Translations under genes and position numbers: made by a program | The notes under the pieces: generated by a model | Databases searched by the model: none | Told to the model about the DNA's origin: nothing | What the model saw: the letters and a program-made list of their open reading frames with translations, nothing else | Source: Treponemataceae bacterium | GTDB taxonomy: Bacteria; Spirochaetota; Spirochaetia; Treponematales; Rectinemataceae | Reading direction: 5' to 3' | Length of the DNA: 64,000 nt | NCBI GenBank assembly: GCA_963667725.2 | Contig: CAXXHO010000003.1 | Span: 1,376,001-1,440,000 of the forward strand | Shown: one piece after another, positions 1 through 9,919 of the stretch | How the letters are laid out: each line of letters opens with the position of its first letter | Position numbering within the stretch: position 1 is the first letter of the stretch

Positions 1-484
1 CTATCTCTAGCTTGCGTTGCAGGCCGTAAGGCAGGCTGTCGGCCCGAGAATCGGCCATCTGTCCCAAACCTACAACATCGAGGTATTCCTGGGCTTTCTT
101 TTTAGCTTCTGCTTCCTGATGCCTGAAATGGGGAGTTCTTACCAGCGCGGATACAAAGCTATAGCTGTAGTCCCTCTGTACGGCTGTCACCACATTCTGT
201 AGGGCGCTGACGCTCTTAAGTAAGCGTAAATTCTGGAAGGTACGTGCTACGCCGAGCCTGCTGACTTCATAAGCTGGCATCTTCGTTATATCCTGTCCAT
301 CCAGTCGGACGATCCCTGAGGTCGGAGGGATGATACCTGTCATAAGATTGAAAACCGTAGTTTTACCTGCACCATTCGGGCCGATAAGTCCAACCAGCTC
401 TCCCTTATCGAGCGAAAGGTTAAAATCACTGACTGCGGTAAGTCCGCCAAATCTCTTTGAAAGATGTTCTGCTTCGAATAGCAT
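1..484 (-). CDS. livG: Branched-chain amino acid ABC transporter ATP-binding protein (LivG-like), runs off the window edge
   Basis: Not in the ORF track. Manual translation from ATG at 484 (overlapping the livM stop): MLFEAEHLSKRFGGLTAVSDFNLSLDKGELVGLIGPNGAGKTTVFNL, with Walker A GPNGAGKT. Confidence 0.9.
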   Translation of the reverse strand, partial: MLFEAEHLSKRFGGLTAVSDFNLSLDKGELVGLIGPNGAGKTTVFNLMTGIIPPTSGIVRLDGQDITKMPAYEVSRLGVARTFQNLRLLKSVSALQNVVTAVQRDYSYSFVSALVRTPHFRHQEAEAKKKAQEYLDVVGLGQMADSRADSLPYGLQRKLEI

Positions 485-1389
485 TATTTTTTACCCTTCG
501 GCTTCGACTCGCCTCTACTACCTCTTTTAGACGCCGAAGTAATTTTTCGTACAAACTGCTTGGCGAAGCTAAAGGAGAGTTCCTTCGACCCCATGAGTCC
601 CGTCGGTTTTATAACTATAGTCAAGACTAACGCGAGGCCATAGAAGACCATTCTCCATTGCATGAGAGGGCGGAAGATTTCTGGTATAGCCGTAAGAATC
701 ACCGCAGCGATCACCGATCCGCTCAAGCTTCCGATTCCACCAAAAACGACCGAAGACGAAAGCTCTGTCGATTTGGCGACATCGAACATCATCGGTTGCA
801 GATACGTCATAAAGAAGGCGAACATGGCTCCCGCCACGCCGCAATAGAATGCGCTTATCGCTAGAGCGAAATACTGATTCCTGGCGACGTTGATCCCCAT
901 TGATTGGGCAGCGATCTTATCTTCACGAATAGCGATGAGTGTGCGGCCGAATCTCGACCGGATTATATTACGCATAAGGATCAAGGCTAAGGCGGCAACA
1001 AGTAATGCGCCTGGCCATTTAGTCAATGTGGGCATGCCGCCAAAACCTCTCGCTCCTCCGGTCAGATTGCCGCCATTATCCATTATCAAACGGACAGACT
1101 CACCGAAGCCAAGGGCTGCAATAGCAAAATAATCGCCCTTAAGTCGTAGCGTTGGATACATGATTCCGCTTACCATGCAAGCGGCCACACCACCGAGTAG
1201 CAGGACTGCCCAGTATGGTACATTGAACTTAACAAACAAGATTGCTGCCGCATAAGCGCCAATAGACATGAACCCGGAATGCCCAAAACTAAACAATCCA
1301 GTAAATCCAGTCAAAAGAGCTAGACCTGTCACCGCAACGACATTGATACATATAAGGGTTATTACACTCAACATATAGGAAGAAAACAT
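484..1389 (-). CDS. livM: Branched-chain amino acid ABC transporter permease (LivM-like)
   Basis: Hydrophobic 301 aa; GLFSFGH, LRLKGDYFAIAALGFGE and AIREDKIAAQSMGIN motifs. Confidence 0.9.
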   Translation of the reverse strand: MFSSYMLSVITLICINVVAVTGLALLTGFTGLFSFGHSGFMSIGAYAAAILFVKFNVPYWAVLLLGGVAACMVSGIMYPTLRLKGDYFAIAALGFGESVRLIMDNGGNLTGGARGFGGMPTLTKWPGALLVAALALILMRNIIRSRFGRTLIAIREDKIAAQSMGINVARNQYFALAISAFYCGVAGAMFAFFMTYLQPMMFDVAKSTELSSSVVFGGIGSLSGSVIAAVILTAIPEIFRPLMQWRMVFYGLALVLTIVIKPTGLMGSKELSFSFAKQFVRKITSASKRGSRGESKPKGKK

Positions 1390-1400
1390 TTGATACTCCC

Positions 1401-2279
1401 TTAAACCTTGTCATCCACATATACACCCATGATCCCATGCGGGCGGACAATGAGTACGATGATCAGAATCAGGAACACAATCAGGTCGCGCAGCTGGGAT
1501 GATATGAATGCGGCAGTACAAGCCTCGATGACTCCAAGACATACAGAGCCTATTATCGCGCCTGGCAAGCTACCGAGTCCGCCCAGGATGGCTCCAATGA
1601 AGGCCTTCGTGGTAAGGGAACCTAATTGAGGATAGACGGTATACTTAATACCAAGGACTACACCTGCGATGCCTGCAAGGAATCCAGCAATAAGAAATAC
1701 CACAGAAAGAAGGAAGTTAACATTTACGCCCATAAGGCTCGCGGTTGTGAGATCAAAAGCAGCAGCCCTGATCGCCATTCCTACTTTCGTTCGTTTTAGG
1801 AAAAATTCCAGGAGAATGAGGAAGATGATGGCGATTCCCGCGCATACCAAATCCAGGATGCTTACTCGAAGTCCCCAGAACTTTATAGCTTTATATGGTA
1901 ATAATGACGGATATGTTCTGTAGTTGGCGCCGATTGCCGCCACAACGAAATTTTCAAAGAAAATTGAGATGCCTAGAGATGCGATTATGTAATAGAGGGA
2001 TTTCCCGCCTTTTGCGCGGATAGGTCTGTAGGCAAAACGCTCGATGAATATCGCGAAAAGTCCGCTCACTATAGTTGCCAGTAATATTGCAAGCAACGGT
2101 GGCATTAAGTTAGTGGAAATGAGGAAAAAACCAGTATAAGCACCCATGATGAGAAAACTACTATGCGCAAAATTAGAAAATGATAAAATGCTATATACAA
2201 GTGAATAGCCTACAGCTATCAAAGCGTATACAGATCCGATGGAAAGACCATTGATGATCTGTTGAAAAAGGGTCGACAA
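1401..2279 (-). CDS. livH: Branched-chain amino acid ABC transporter permease (LivH-like)
   Basis: QQIINGLSIGSVYALIAVGYSLVY and GGLGSLPGA motifs; probable TTG start at 2279 after GGAGG (ORF track starts at 2297). Confidence 0.9.
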   Translation of the reverse strand: MSTLFQQIINGLSIGSVYALIAVGYSLVYSILSFSNFAHSSFLIMGAYTGFFLISTNLMPPLLAILLATIVSGLFAIFIERFAYRPIRAKGGKSLYYIIASLGISIFFENFVVAAIGANYRTYPSLLPYKAIKFWGLRVSILDLVCAGIAIIFLILLEFFLKRTKVGMAIRAAAFDLTTASLMGVNVNFLLSVVFLIAGFLAGIAGVVLGIKYTVYPQLGSLTTKAFIGAILGGLGSLPGAIIGSVCLGVIEACTAAFISSQLRDLIVFLILIIVLIVRPHGIMGVYVDDKV

Positions 2280-2305
2280 TTGGATTACCTCCAGCAAAGA
2301 ATGTT

Positions 2306-2352
2306 AAAAGGCGTGCAATGTCGGGCTTGCCGGCATTGCGCGCCTTTTTTTT
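2306..2352 (-). terminator. Stem-loop between the substrate-binding and permease genes (terminator or mRNA-stabilising hairpin)
   Basis: AAAAGGCGTGCAATGTCGG...CCGGCATTGCGCGCCTTTTTTTT inverted repeat. Confidence 0.65.
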
Positions 2353-2360
2353 ATTAACCC

Positions 2361-3518
2361 TTAATCAACTGGTGCGTACTTAGTAACGAATTTTAGTTCC
2401 TTACCGACAGCTTGTAGAATTACCGCGCTCTTGTTCAGAGGGTTGTGAGTTTTTGGATCCATAGTCAGAAGTCCATCAGCGATCTTAAAGTCCTTGCAAT
2501 TCTCAATGGCTTTACGAATTGTTTCGCCATTGGTAGTACCGGACGCTTTAATGATGTCAGCAATAAAATAGACAAGTTCATAAGCTTTATAGATGTTGGC
2601 ATACTCACCGCTTGGTTTGTATTTCGCGTCATACTTCTTCCAGATACCAGCCACGATTGGGTCTTCTGGAGATACGTGCTTGACCCAATAAGAACCCTGA
2701 AGCTCAGGACCGGCCATCGCCAACATGGCGGGAGAGGCTCCGTCTCCGCCCATGATCACAGTGTCTTCCATTCCAAGTTCGCGAGCCTGCCTTACCACGA
2801 GAGAAATATCCTTGTAGGTGATCGGAATCATAAGGACTTCAGGTTTCTTGGACAGGATCTGGGTGAGTTGGGGCCGGAAATCGACATCGCCAGCCTTATA
2901 TGCCCATTTTCCGAGGACCTTGCCACCGAGCTTGGTGAAATTATCTTCGAAGTACTGGGTCAGGCCGGTCGAATAGTCTGAACCAATATCATAGAGAACG
3001 GCAGCTGTTTTCTTGCCCAACTCTTTATTAAGATAGTACGCGATGACTTTGCCCTGGTATGGGTCCATGAAGCAGGTTCTGAATGCCCAAGGTCTCACGC
3101 TGCCATCGTCGTTCATCGTTACTTTAACTGCCGTGGCGTAGGAACTGATCTGTGGAATCTTGGCTTCGGCGCAGACGGAGCTGGTGGCAATATTGATGCC
3201 GCTCCAGTTGGAGCCTAGGACAGCGACAATATTCTGCTCTGCAACTGCTTTTTTTACGGCATTGACTGCATCGGCTGCATTACTGCGAGAATCCATGGAC
3301 ACGATCTCGATCTTGCGGCCAAGAATGCCGCCTGCCGCGTTGATCTCTTCCGCGGCCATTTTTGCTGTGTTGGTTTCCGGAATTCCCCATACGGAAGCAT
3401 CACCAGTCAGATGTGCCAGATAACCAATCTTAATTGGACCAGTAGTATCCGCACCGTATACAGACGCGGCACTAATGAGAATAAATGTAGCAAAAATTGC
3501 TATTGCCACCCTTTTCAT
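2361..3518 (-). CDS. Branched-chain amino acid ABC transporter substrate-binding protein (LivJ/LivK family)
   Basis: Signal peptide; PIKIG...EINAAGGILGRKIE and FRTCFMDPYQG; strong AAGGAGG RBS. Confidence 0.9.
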   Translation of the reverse strand: MKRVAIAIFATFILISAASVYGADTTGPIKIGYLAHLTGDASVWGIPETNTAKMAAEEINAAGGILGRKIEIVSMDSRSNAADAVNAVKKAVAEQNIVAVLGSNWSGINIATSSVCAEAKIPQISSYATAVKVTMNDDGSVRPWAFRTCFMDPYQGKVIAYYLNKELGKKTAAVLYDIGSDYSTGLTQYFEDNFTKLGGKVLGKWAYKAGDVDFRPQLTQILSKKPEVLMIPITYKDISLVVRQARELGMEDTVIMGGDGASPAMLAMAGPELQGSYWVKHVSPEDPIVAGIWKKYDAKYKPSGEYANIYKAYELVYFIADIIKASGTTNGETIRKAIENCKDFKIADGLLTMDPKTHNPLNKSAVILQAVGKELKFVTKYAPVD

Positions 3519-3699
3519 TATGTAACCTCCTTACAATATTCCTAATCACTTCCTGCTCAAGCAGAATCGTGGATTATGGACATAATAAATGCATAAGCAT
3601 TCACTCGGTATACATTTGAAAAGTTTTTCTTTGCGCTCCGGAAGTATGGTTTTAAGATAAAAATGGCATAATTTTTATCTGATCCATTTTATTGTATAA

Positions 3700-3792
3700 T
3701 CATTATATAATATTATTTGATTATATAATGAGGTGGTATACCATACTCATCATCTGATGAGGAATCTTAAGTTAGGTATATCGATCTGTCAA
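3700..3792 (-). promoter_or_regulatory. Sigma70-type promoter of the liv operon with downstream palindromic operators
   Basis: TTGACA(3792-3787)-17nt-TAAGAT(3769-3764), followed by palindromes CTCATCA-N2-TGATGAG, TGGTATACCA and TCATTATATAA-N10-TTATATAATGA. Confidence 0.6.
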
Positions 3793-3977
3793 GAAATGTT
3801 TATTCATTTTCTAATTTATTGTTGTGTATCTCATCGATTCTCAAATTAAGAGGTCGCACATCTTTACTTGTGTATTGGTGGAATGGCTGATGGAGTCTAT
3901 ACAAATAGCGACAATTCTAGGAAAATTTCTATCACTGGATGAATACACAATGCAATCTTAAGAATGCTCTATTATTC

Positions 3978-4042
3978 TTGACAGCCATTTCTTTGGATGA
4001 TAGAGTTAAAGTGTCATATGTCATAGATATATTCACATTTGT
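3978..4042 (+). promoter_or_regulatory. Sigma70-type promoter plus putative SorC-family operator
   Basis: TTGACA(3978)-17nt-TAGAGT(4001), then GTGTCATATG-N12-TCACATTTGT (4011-4042), matching the site at 6945-6976. Confidence 0.7.
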
Positions 4043-4062
4043 TCTACTACAAATGAGGCATA

Positions 4063-4821
4063 ATGAAAGCTGCAAACACCACCAGAAACCTCGCGAGAAT
4101 CAAGCATCTTGGCCCATCTGAGATATTCCTGATCGCAAACGGAAACTTGAAGCACTACACAAATAGGAATGGGTGGGCAGCGCAACAAGACATGGAAGCG
4201 AAGCTTCAGAAGGCTTTTGCGCAGGAGGGACGCACTCTTGTCCGTGCCCATGAATATTCTGAAGAACTCGGCCACGGTTTCATATGGAATCAGAGAATGG
4301 GCCTCGATATATTCAGTAAAATCGATCCCCGCAGTCCTATCATCATCGCCGCAGGGATATGGCAGTTCAGCCAAAACATCCTGTCGGGCTTGAGAAACCA
4401 CAAGGGACCGATCCTGACGATAGGCAACTGGTCTGGGCGATTCCCTGGCCTTGTGGGTTTGCTGAATCTTAATGGGAGCATGGTTAAGGCAAATGTTCCA
4501 TACAGCACTATCTGGAGCGAGACCTTCGATGATGACTTTTTTAGGCAGGGCATACATGAATGGATCGCTTCCGGAAAGATTGCCCATGAGGTTCTGTATC
4601 CTCGCGCGATCAGGGAATATTCTCTGCCAGCTAAAGAAATGGAATTGGGAAAGTCCCTCGCCAAGGACCTCCTTTTTGATAAGCCGATTATCGGCGTCTT
4701 CGATGAAGGCTGTATGGGTATGTACAACGCGATAATCGATGACGAACTTATCAATACGTTGACGGTAATGCTGTTTATTAGATATTTAAAAAACGGCATT
4801 CGCTTCAGAGCTTCGACATAA
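4063..4821 (+). pseudogene. Fucose/arabinose-isomerase-like sugar enzyme, 3'-truncated near 4760
   Basis: NWSGRFPGLVGLLNLNGS and GVFDEGCMGMYNAII match a fucose-isomerase-like family I recall as over 500 aa; the last ~20 codons are the antisense of a permease gene. Confidence 0.65.
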
Positions 4822-5009
4822 TTCGAAAAGATGGGCTTTTCAGGGAAGACCTTTGGCGGAAACACCATTGTTTCCTGAAAAGTCTTCAAAGAGTTGCTGA
4901 GAATCCAGAAAAACGGAAATATGAACATGCATATCAGAGCTAGATAAGCTAGGGACTTAAAGACGGTACTTATGGGCTTGCTGGTAAGCTGACGCAGATT
5001 TGATGTCAT
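4760..5009 (-). pseudogene. Carbohydrate ABC permease (MalG/UgpE type), only the N-terminal ~83 aa remain
   Basis: FPFFWILSNSLKT...FSNYVEALKRMPFFKYLINS is a typical permease N-terminus; no EAA motif; the frame continues to 4290 as antisense of the isomerase. Confidence 0.75.
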
Positions 5010-5935
5010 TGGTAGTGGACCTTTTTGGCTAGCATATTAAAGTAAATGGCCACCAGTATGCCGATGATGAGAAAGAGTATCACTCCGCCAGCGGAGGCGT
5101 AGCCTATTCTGAAGTACTTAAACGCGTATTCATAAATGAAATAGACAAAAACACTTGAAGAGTTTATAGGTCCGCCCTGAGTCATGATGTTGATGGGATC
5201 GAATACCCTAAGCGCCTCGGTTGTTGAGACTACAAGCAGAAAGAATAAGCTGGGAGTAAGAAGAGGAATGGTTATCCTTAAGAAAACGGCTCTTCCCGAC
5301 GCCCCATCTATCTTTGCGGCATCGTAAATGGATTGCGGGATGTTCTGAAGAGCCGCGATCAGAAGCAGCATGTAATATCCCACGTACTTCCAAACCGAGA
5401 CGAGTACCAGAGACGGAACTACCGTCTTTACGTCCGACAGCCAGGGATAGGGCTTAAGCTTAAAAACAGCAAGCAAGGAATTGAGCAGGCCGTATTGCGG
5501 ATCCATAAGCCATAGCCATACGAGCGATATGGTTACGAAGGAGACGATATATGGTATGAATACCGCAGATTGAGCGAATGAATGAAACCTATCTGGCTTG
5601 TTCAGCCACACTGCGAACAGAAGCGCGATAGCGATAGAAAATACGACGAAAAGCAAAGCATAAAGCAATGAATTCTTGAGAACCGACAGAAACTCTTGGG
5701 AATGGAATAATTCAACGTAATTGGATAATCCTACAAACCGAGGATTTTTCCTGAGCATAGAACGATCGGTAAAGCTAGTCCTGACAAGGAAAACGAGGGG
5801 ATAAACGACAAACGCGCCAAGCCCCGCCATGGCTGGTAGCAGCATGACATAGGGAACCAGCAATCCGTGCTTGATTTTCAGCGGAGAACCAGAATTGGGT
5901 CGAGACCTTATGTTCTCACTATCCTTCCGCTTCAT
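5006..5935 (-). CDS. Carbohydrate ABC transporter permease (MalF/UgpA type)
   Basis: FVGLSNY, LQNIPQSIYDAAKIDGA (EAA loop) and MTQGGP. Confidence 0.9.
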   Translation of the reverse strand: MKRKDSENIRSRPNSGSPLKIKHGLLVPYVMLLPAMAGLGAFVVYPLVFLVRTSFTDRSMLRKNPRFVGLSNYVELFHSQEFLSVLKNSLLYALLFVVFSIAIALLFAVWLNKPDRFHSFAQSAVFIPYIVSFVTISLVWLWLMDPQYGLLNSLLAVFKLKPYPWLSDVKTVVPSLVLVSVWKYVGYYMLLLIAALQNIPQSIYDAAKIDGASGRAVFLRITIPLLTPSLFFLLVVSTTEALRVFDPINIMTQGGPINSSSVFVYFIYEYAFKYFRIGYASAGGVILFLIIGILVAIYFNMLAKKVHYQ

Positions 5936-5952
5936 ACCGACACTTCTCCGAT

Positions 5953-6924
5953 TTAGCTATGGCTGTTCCGCAATTTTTCATCCAGTTTCACGATTTCTTT
6001 CGCCGTGTACTCATCAACTATCAGAACATTCGCGTATTTAGCTTCCAGCGCGCCATATACTCCTTTTACGCTCTTGGATTCTGCGGCTACAAGGATGGAA
6101 TATTCCTTGCTCCTGAGCTTCGTTAAAGGTATGCCAATAGTGCGTTCATCGTATTGCTTGGCGATTGTGGCTCCATGGATATCAATGAGTCTTCCGCATG
6201 CATCACCGACAATGCCTTCAGAACAGAGTTTTTCTACATCATCGTGACTAAAATAGCCTGAGCGTACCAAGGCTGAATTGACATCGAATTCGCCGACGGC
6301 AAAGAGCACTATATTGGCATCGAAGCCGAGTTGCAAAATGGATTGAATCTTCCTGTCCTTCACGATCGCGTTTTTTATTTCCACGGAATCGACGACCAAA
6401 GGAAGCGGCAGGAAGTGCACTTCCGCATTGTAAGCTTCAGCGAAAAGGCGAGCGATCTCATTCATCCGATCGAATTCTTCCATATGAGGAAGACCACCTT
6501 TAAGCTGTATGATCTTTATATTATTTAAATCCTTCTTAATCAGTTTTTTTGCGCAGGCAGCAAGCGTTAGCCCCCATGAAATGCCGATAATATCGTCATC
6601 GCTTAGAATGCTGTTCAAAAATCTGCCTACTATAGTTCCGATGGCATCGAGCTTTTTATCAAATTGCTGTGTTCCGACGGGAACCACGATCGCCTTTTTT
6701 AAGCCAAACCGATTGCATAATAAAGTCTCAAGTTCGCTTTCGCCTTGAAGTGTGTCTTTTATACGAATTTCAACAAGCCCCAAGCTGTAGGCTTCTTTTA
6801 ATAGCTTTGATATATAGGAGCGCGAAATATGAAACTTTTTGGCAATGATATCCTGGCTTATATTCTGCTCGTAATAGAGTCTGCATATCCTGATCAGCAT
6901 TTCTTCTTTATCAGAAGGGACCAT
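5953..6924 (-). CDS. SorC/DeoR-family sugar-binding transcriptional regulator
   Basis: N-terminal HTH LYYEQNISQDIIAKKFHISRSYISKLL; IGISWGLTL, VGDACGR and NVLIVDE; ATG 6924 has the better RBS spacing (alternative 6933). Confidence 0.9.
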   Translation of the reverse strand: MVPSDKEEMLIRICRLYYEQNISQDIIAKKFHISRSYISKLLKEAYSLGLVEIRIKDTLQGESELETLLCNRFGLKKAIVVPVGTQQFDKKLDAIGTIVGRFLNSILSDDDIIGISWGLTLAACAKKLIKKDLNNIKIIQLKGGLPHMEEFDRMNEIARLFAEAYNAEVHFLPLPLVVDSVEIKNAIVKDRKIQSILQLGFDANIVLFAVGEFDVNSALVRSGYFSHDDVEKLCSEGIVGDACGRLIDIHGATIAKQYDERTIGIPLTKLRSKEYSILVAAESKSVKGVYGALEAKYANVLIVDEYTAKEIVKLDEKLRNSHS

Positions 6925-6944
6925 AATTAACATCTCCCATAATC

Positions 6945-7011
6945 ACATTTGTGACTATTGTATTAGCATATGACACACTTACACTTTAGGTTTGGATATG
7001 AAATCTGTCAA
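6945..7011 (-). promoter_or_regulatory. Sigma70-type promoter plus putative autoregulatory operator
   Basis: TTGACA(7011-7006)-17nt-TAAAGT(6988-6983), then GTGTCATATG-N12-TCACAAATGT (6976-6945). Confidence 0.7.
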
Positions 7012-7096
7012 GTAAAATTTTCTCGGCTTTTATTGTTCGGTATATAGTAAGATACTTTTGTGTCGTGTATTAGCCGGATTGGCCGGGCTGCACTGC

Positions 7097-9919
7097 CTAA
7101 CACTCTTTTGGCCGTTTTGCTATTAACTCCATGGCCGCTTCTTTACCAAGCGGTTTACCGATTAGATACCCTTGAACTTTATCGCAACCTTTATCCATTA
7201 AATACTGCAGCTGCGCTTCATTCTCCACGCCCTCAGCGATGACACAATGCCCTAATCGGTGCCCCATAGAGATAATATCCCCTATGATCGCATTTCCGGA
7301 ATTAATCTCTGACAATTGATCGATGAAGTATTTATCAATCTTAATGCAATTAACATTCAATTCAAGAACTCTCGCAAGAGAAGAGTATTCCGTTCCAAAG
7401 TCATCCACAGCAATACTTATTCCCGATTTTTTCAGTTCCCCAAGGATGCTGTTAACCTCCCGGTAATTCGAAGCAAATACCGACTCAGTGATTTCGAGAG
7501 TAATATTATCCGGATTGATGTGCATTTCATTGATCATACGAAAAAAATTCTTTACAAAACCATCTCTTAACAATTGAATGATAGAAATATTTACGGATAT
7601 GGCGATTGAAGTATAGCCGTTCTCCTTGAGCCTGTTCAAAAAGTTGAATGCCTGGAGCAACACCTCATTCCCTAAGGGAATTATGAGCTTGGTTTTTTCG
7701 GCTATCGGTATAAACTCAAAAGGCGGTACACGACCATACGAATTACTATTAAGCCGCGCTAAAGCTTCAAAGGCGCATATCTTTTTTAATTTGAGATCAA
7801 ATATGGGCTGATACTCTAAAAACAGTCTTTCGACATTTTCGCCCGCTGCGATTTGTGTAAGCTCACGGTTGATATCTTCTTCACGGAGAATTTGTCCGTG
7901 AATACCTTCGTTGAAAAATGAGATTCCGATATCCATCTTGGCATTGTTCACTTCTTTTTCGGAAGCAACGAGAAGATTTTTCAATAATTGCCCAATATCA
8001 AGACTATTGGATTCCTCAATTTCCAGAACTCCGATACCACCGCCTATTCTATCAACAGCTAGAATAGAGTCCAGAGATTTTACGAGCGCTTCACAAAACG
8101 CCTGTAACTCTTCTTTATCTTTATATGCTTTTACATAGAAGACAAAGCGATTTTCATAGGTATAGAAAAGTAGATGTGTTAGGCTGCAATGAACTCTTAA
8201 TACATCGGCTGCCTTTTTTATCAATTCCTGAGTATACTGAAAACCGTACCTGAGGCTTAGAAAGTTGATGGAGCTCAAGTTTATTCCAACAAGTGCCGTC
8301 TTCCCAAAAGTTTTCGATTTCTGATCATTCTCAAAAGTATCGCAGAGGTGTTTGCGATTGTATAAACCTGTCCAAGCATCATGCTCGCTGTTATATTTCA
8401 GCTGATCTTCCATCTTCTTTCTGTCCGATATATCAAAAATCACGCCCTCAATCCCTTCTATATTCCCTTGGTTGTCATAAATGCCCTGCGCCAATTCTAA
8501 AATCCATTTGTGTTTACCTTCAGAAGTGACAATTTCATATTCATATCTAAAAGTCCTTTTTTGAGTGAGAACTTCCTTCCACTTTTCCCAAATCGCATCG
8601 CGATACTCAGGTGTTATGATATCGTTGAATGAAATGTCCCTATTATTTATCAAGCTCTCCGCGGTATAGCCGGTCAATTTATAGCAGCCTGCCGAAACAT
8701 ATTGCATTGTCCATTTTCGATCGTATTTGCATCGATAGGCCATACCCGGCAAGTTAGCGAGCAGAACCGCCTTGCTGCGTTCGCTTTCTTTCAAGGTTTC
8801 GCTTATCTCTTTACGTGCGGATATATCCTCAAGCAAACAGAGGTGCAAAGAGTGTTTGTGGGGAATATCCAAGAGAGGCGAAATCTTCATGTTTGTCCAT
8901 ACGCTGGATCCATCCGTTCTTAAAAAACGTTTTTCCAGTGTATAATCGTTGATTTCTCCCCTTTTAAACTGCATGAACTTTTCAAGATCAGCATGCAAAT
9001 CATCGGGATGCGTTATATCTGCCCAGTTTAAATTATCCAGGTCGCGGCTTGTCCTTCCGAGAATCCGCTCGAACATCGGGTTGATGTTCATATGTCCAAA
9101 TTCCGTTTGCGAAATAAAGCTCTTGTCATTTACGAGAGCAATTCCGATAGGAGCTTGTTCGAACATGCTCCGGTAGAGGGCTTCATCCAAAGTTAATTTT
9201 TTACTCAACTCTTTTAATACGGAATGTTGAATCCATGTATTCAATAAAGCGACAAAGAGAAAAAGAAAACTGAGTGCTATGATTACGTCGGGTATCATTC
9301 GTTTCCATAGACCCAAATTCCAATCTGCCGCGGAATAGTCAATTCCGAAAACTGCAATTACTTTCTCGATTGCCGGATCTTGAATCGGTACAAGTACGCT
9401 AATCCAAGTACCCCACCTGTCTGTTACCGGCTTTGTCAGCACGGTCTTGCCTGATTGGAAAGCCCCCCGGTACGCATCTCCCACTTCTGAATAGACCAGT
9501 CCTGGAGGTGCGTAATCTGGATCTTCAGGCATCTCCGAATCCAGTAGGAATATGATACTAGCGTCCCTTTCAGCCATGAGGTAGGCAAAATGGATCGGAT
9601 TAATTTCCTTGACCAGCCGCATGAGACTGAGCTTCGTCATATTATATTCTGGTTTTTCTAGATCTGCGGCAGTACCTGATAATTCTAGAATATGCTCAGG
9701 ATGTAAAAGTGATACCAAAGAACGAGCCAGCATAGTAGCTTCTGACGATACAATGTCATTATACCTAATCCACGCAAATCGCAAATAAAGACCACTTAAA
9801 GATAAGACCGTAAATATGTAAATTATCGCGAATATGCGGGGGCTCGCTCTTCCTGATCCAGCAGGAGATGAACTGCTTTTTATTAAATTTCTGGAGATTT
9901 TCATGACAGCTCCCGTCAA
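7097..9919 (-). CDS. Membrane-anchored PAS-PAS-GGDEF(degenerate)-EAL c-di-GMP phosphodiesterase
   Basis: Two TM segments around a sensor domain; PAS motifs (THPDD, LPGMAYRC); HDAWTGLYNR; AFEALARL, LEITES, DDFGTEYSS and IAEGVE; start may be ATG 9904. Confidence 0.9.
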   Translation of the reverse strand: MTGAVMKISRNLIKSSSSPAGSGRASPRIFAIIYIFTVLSLSGLYLRFAWIRYNDIVSSEATMLARSLVSLLHPEHILELSGTAADLEKPEYNMTKLSLMRLVKEINPIHFAYLMAERDASIIFLLDSEMPEDPDYAPPGLVYSEVGDAYRGAFQSGKTVLTKPVTDRWGTWISVLVPIQDPAIEKVIAVFGIDYSAADWNLGLWKRMIPDVIIALSFLFLFVALLNTWIQHSVLKELSKKLTLDEALYRSMFEQAPIGIALVNDKSFISQTEFGHMNINPMFERILGRTSRDLDNLNWADITHPDDLHADLEKFMQFKRGEINDYTLEKRFLRTDGSSVWTNMKISPLLDIPHKHSLHLCLLEDISARKEISETLKESERSKAVLLANLPGMAYRCKYDRKWTMQYVSAGCYKLTGYTAESLINNRDISFNDIITPEYRDAIWEKWKEVLTQKRTFRYEYEIVTSEGKHKWILELAQGIYDNQGNIEGIEGVIFDISDRKKMEDQLKYNSEHDAWTGLYNRKHLCDTFENDQKSKTFGKTALVGINLSSINFLSLRYGFQYTQELIKKAADVLRVHCSLTHLLFYTYENRFVFYVKAYKDKEELQAFCEALVKSLDSILAVDRIGGGIGVLEIEESNSLDIGQLLKNLLVASEKEVNNAKMDIGISFFNEGIHGQILREEDINRELTQIAAGENVERLFLEYQPIFDLKLKKICAFEALARLNSNSYGRVPPFEFIPIAEKTKLIIPLGNEVLLQAFNFLNRLKENGYTSIAISVNISIIQLLRDGFVKNFFRMINEMHINPDNITLEITESVFASNYREVNSILGELKKSGISIAVDDFGTEYSSLARVLELNVNCIKIDKYFIDQLSEINSGNAIIGDIISMGHRLGHCVIAEGVENEAQLQYLMDKGCDKVQGYLIGKPLGKEAAMELIAKRPKEC

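Noticed and set aside
4290..5009. 239-aa ORF as a genuine overlapping gene pair with 4063..4821
   Set aside because: Only its first ~83 aa are permease-like; the rest is antisense read-through past the breakpoint
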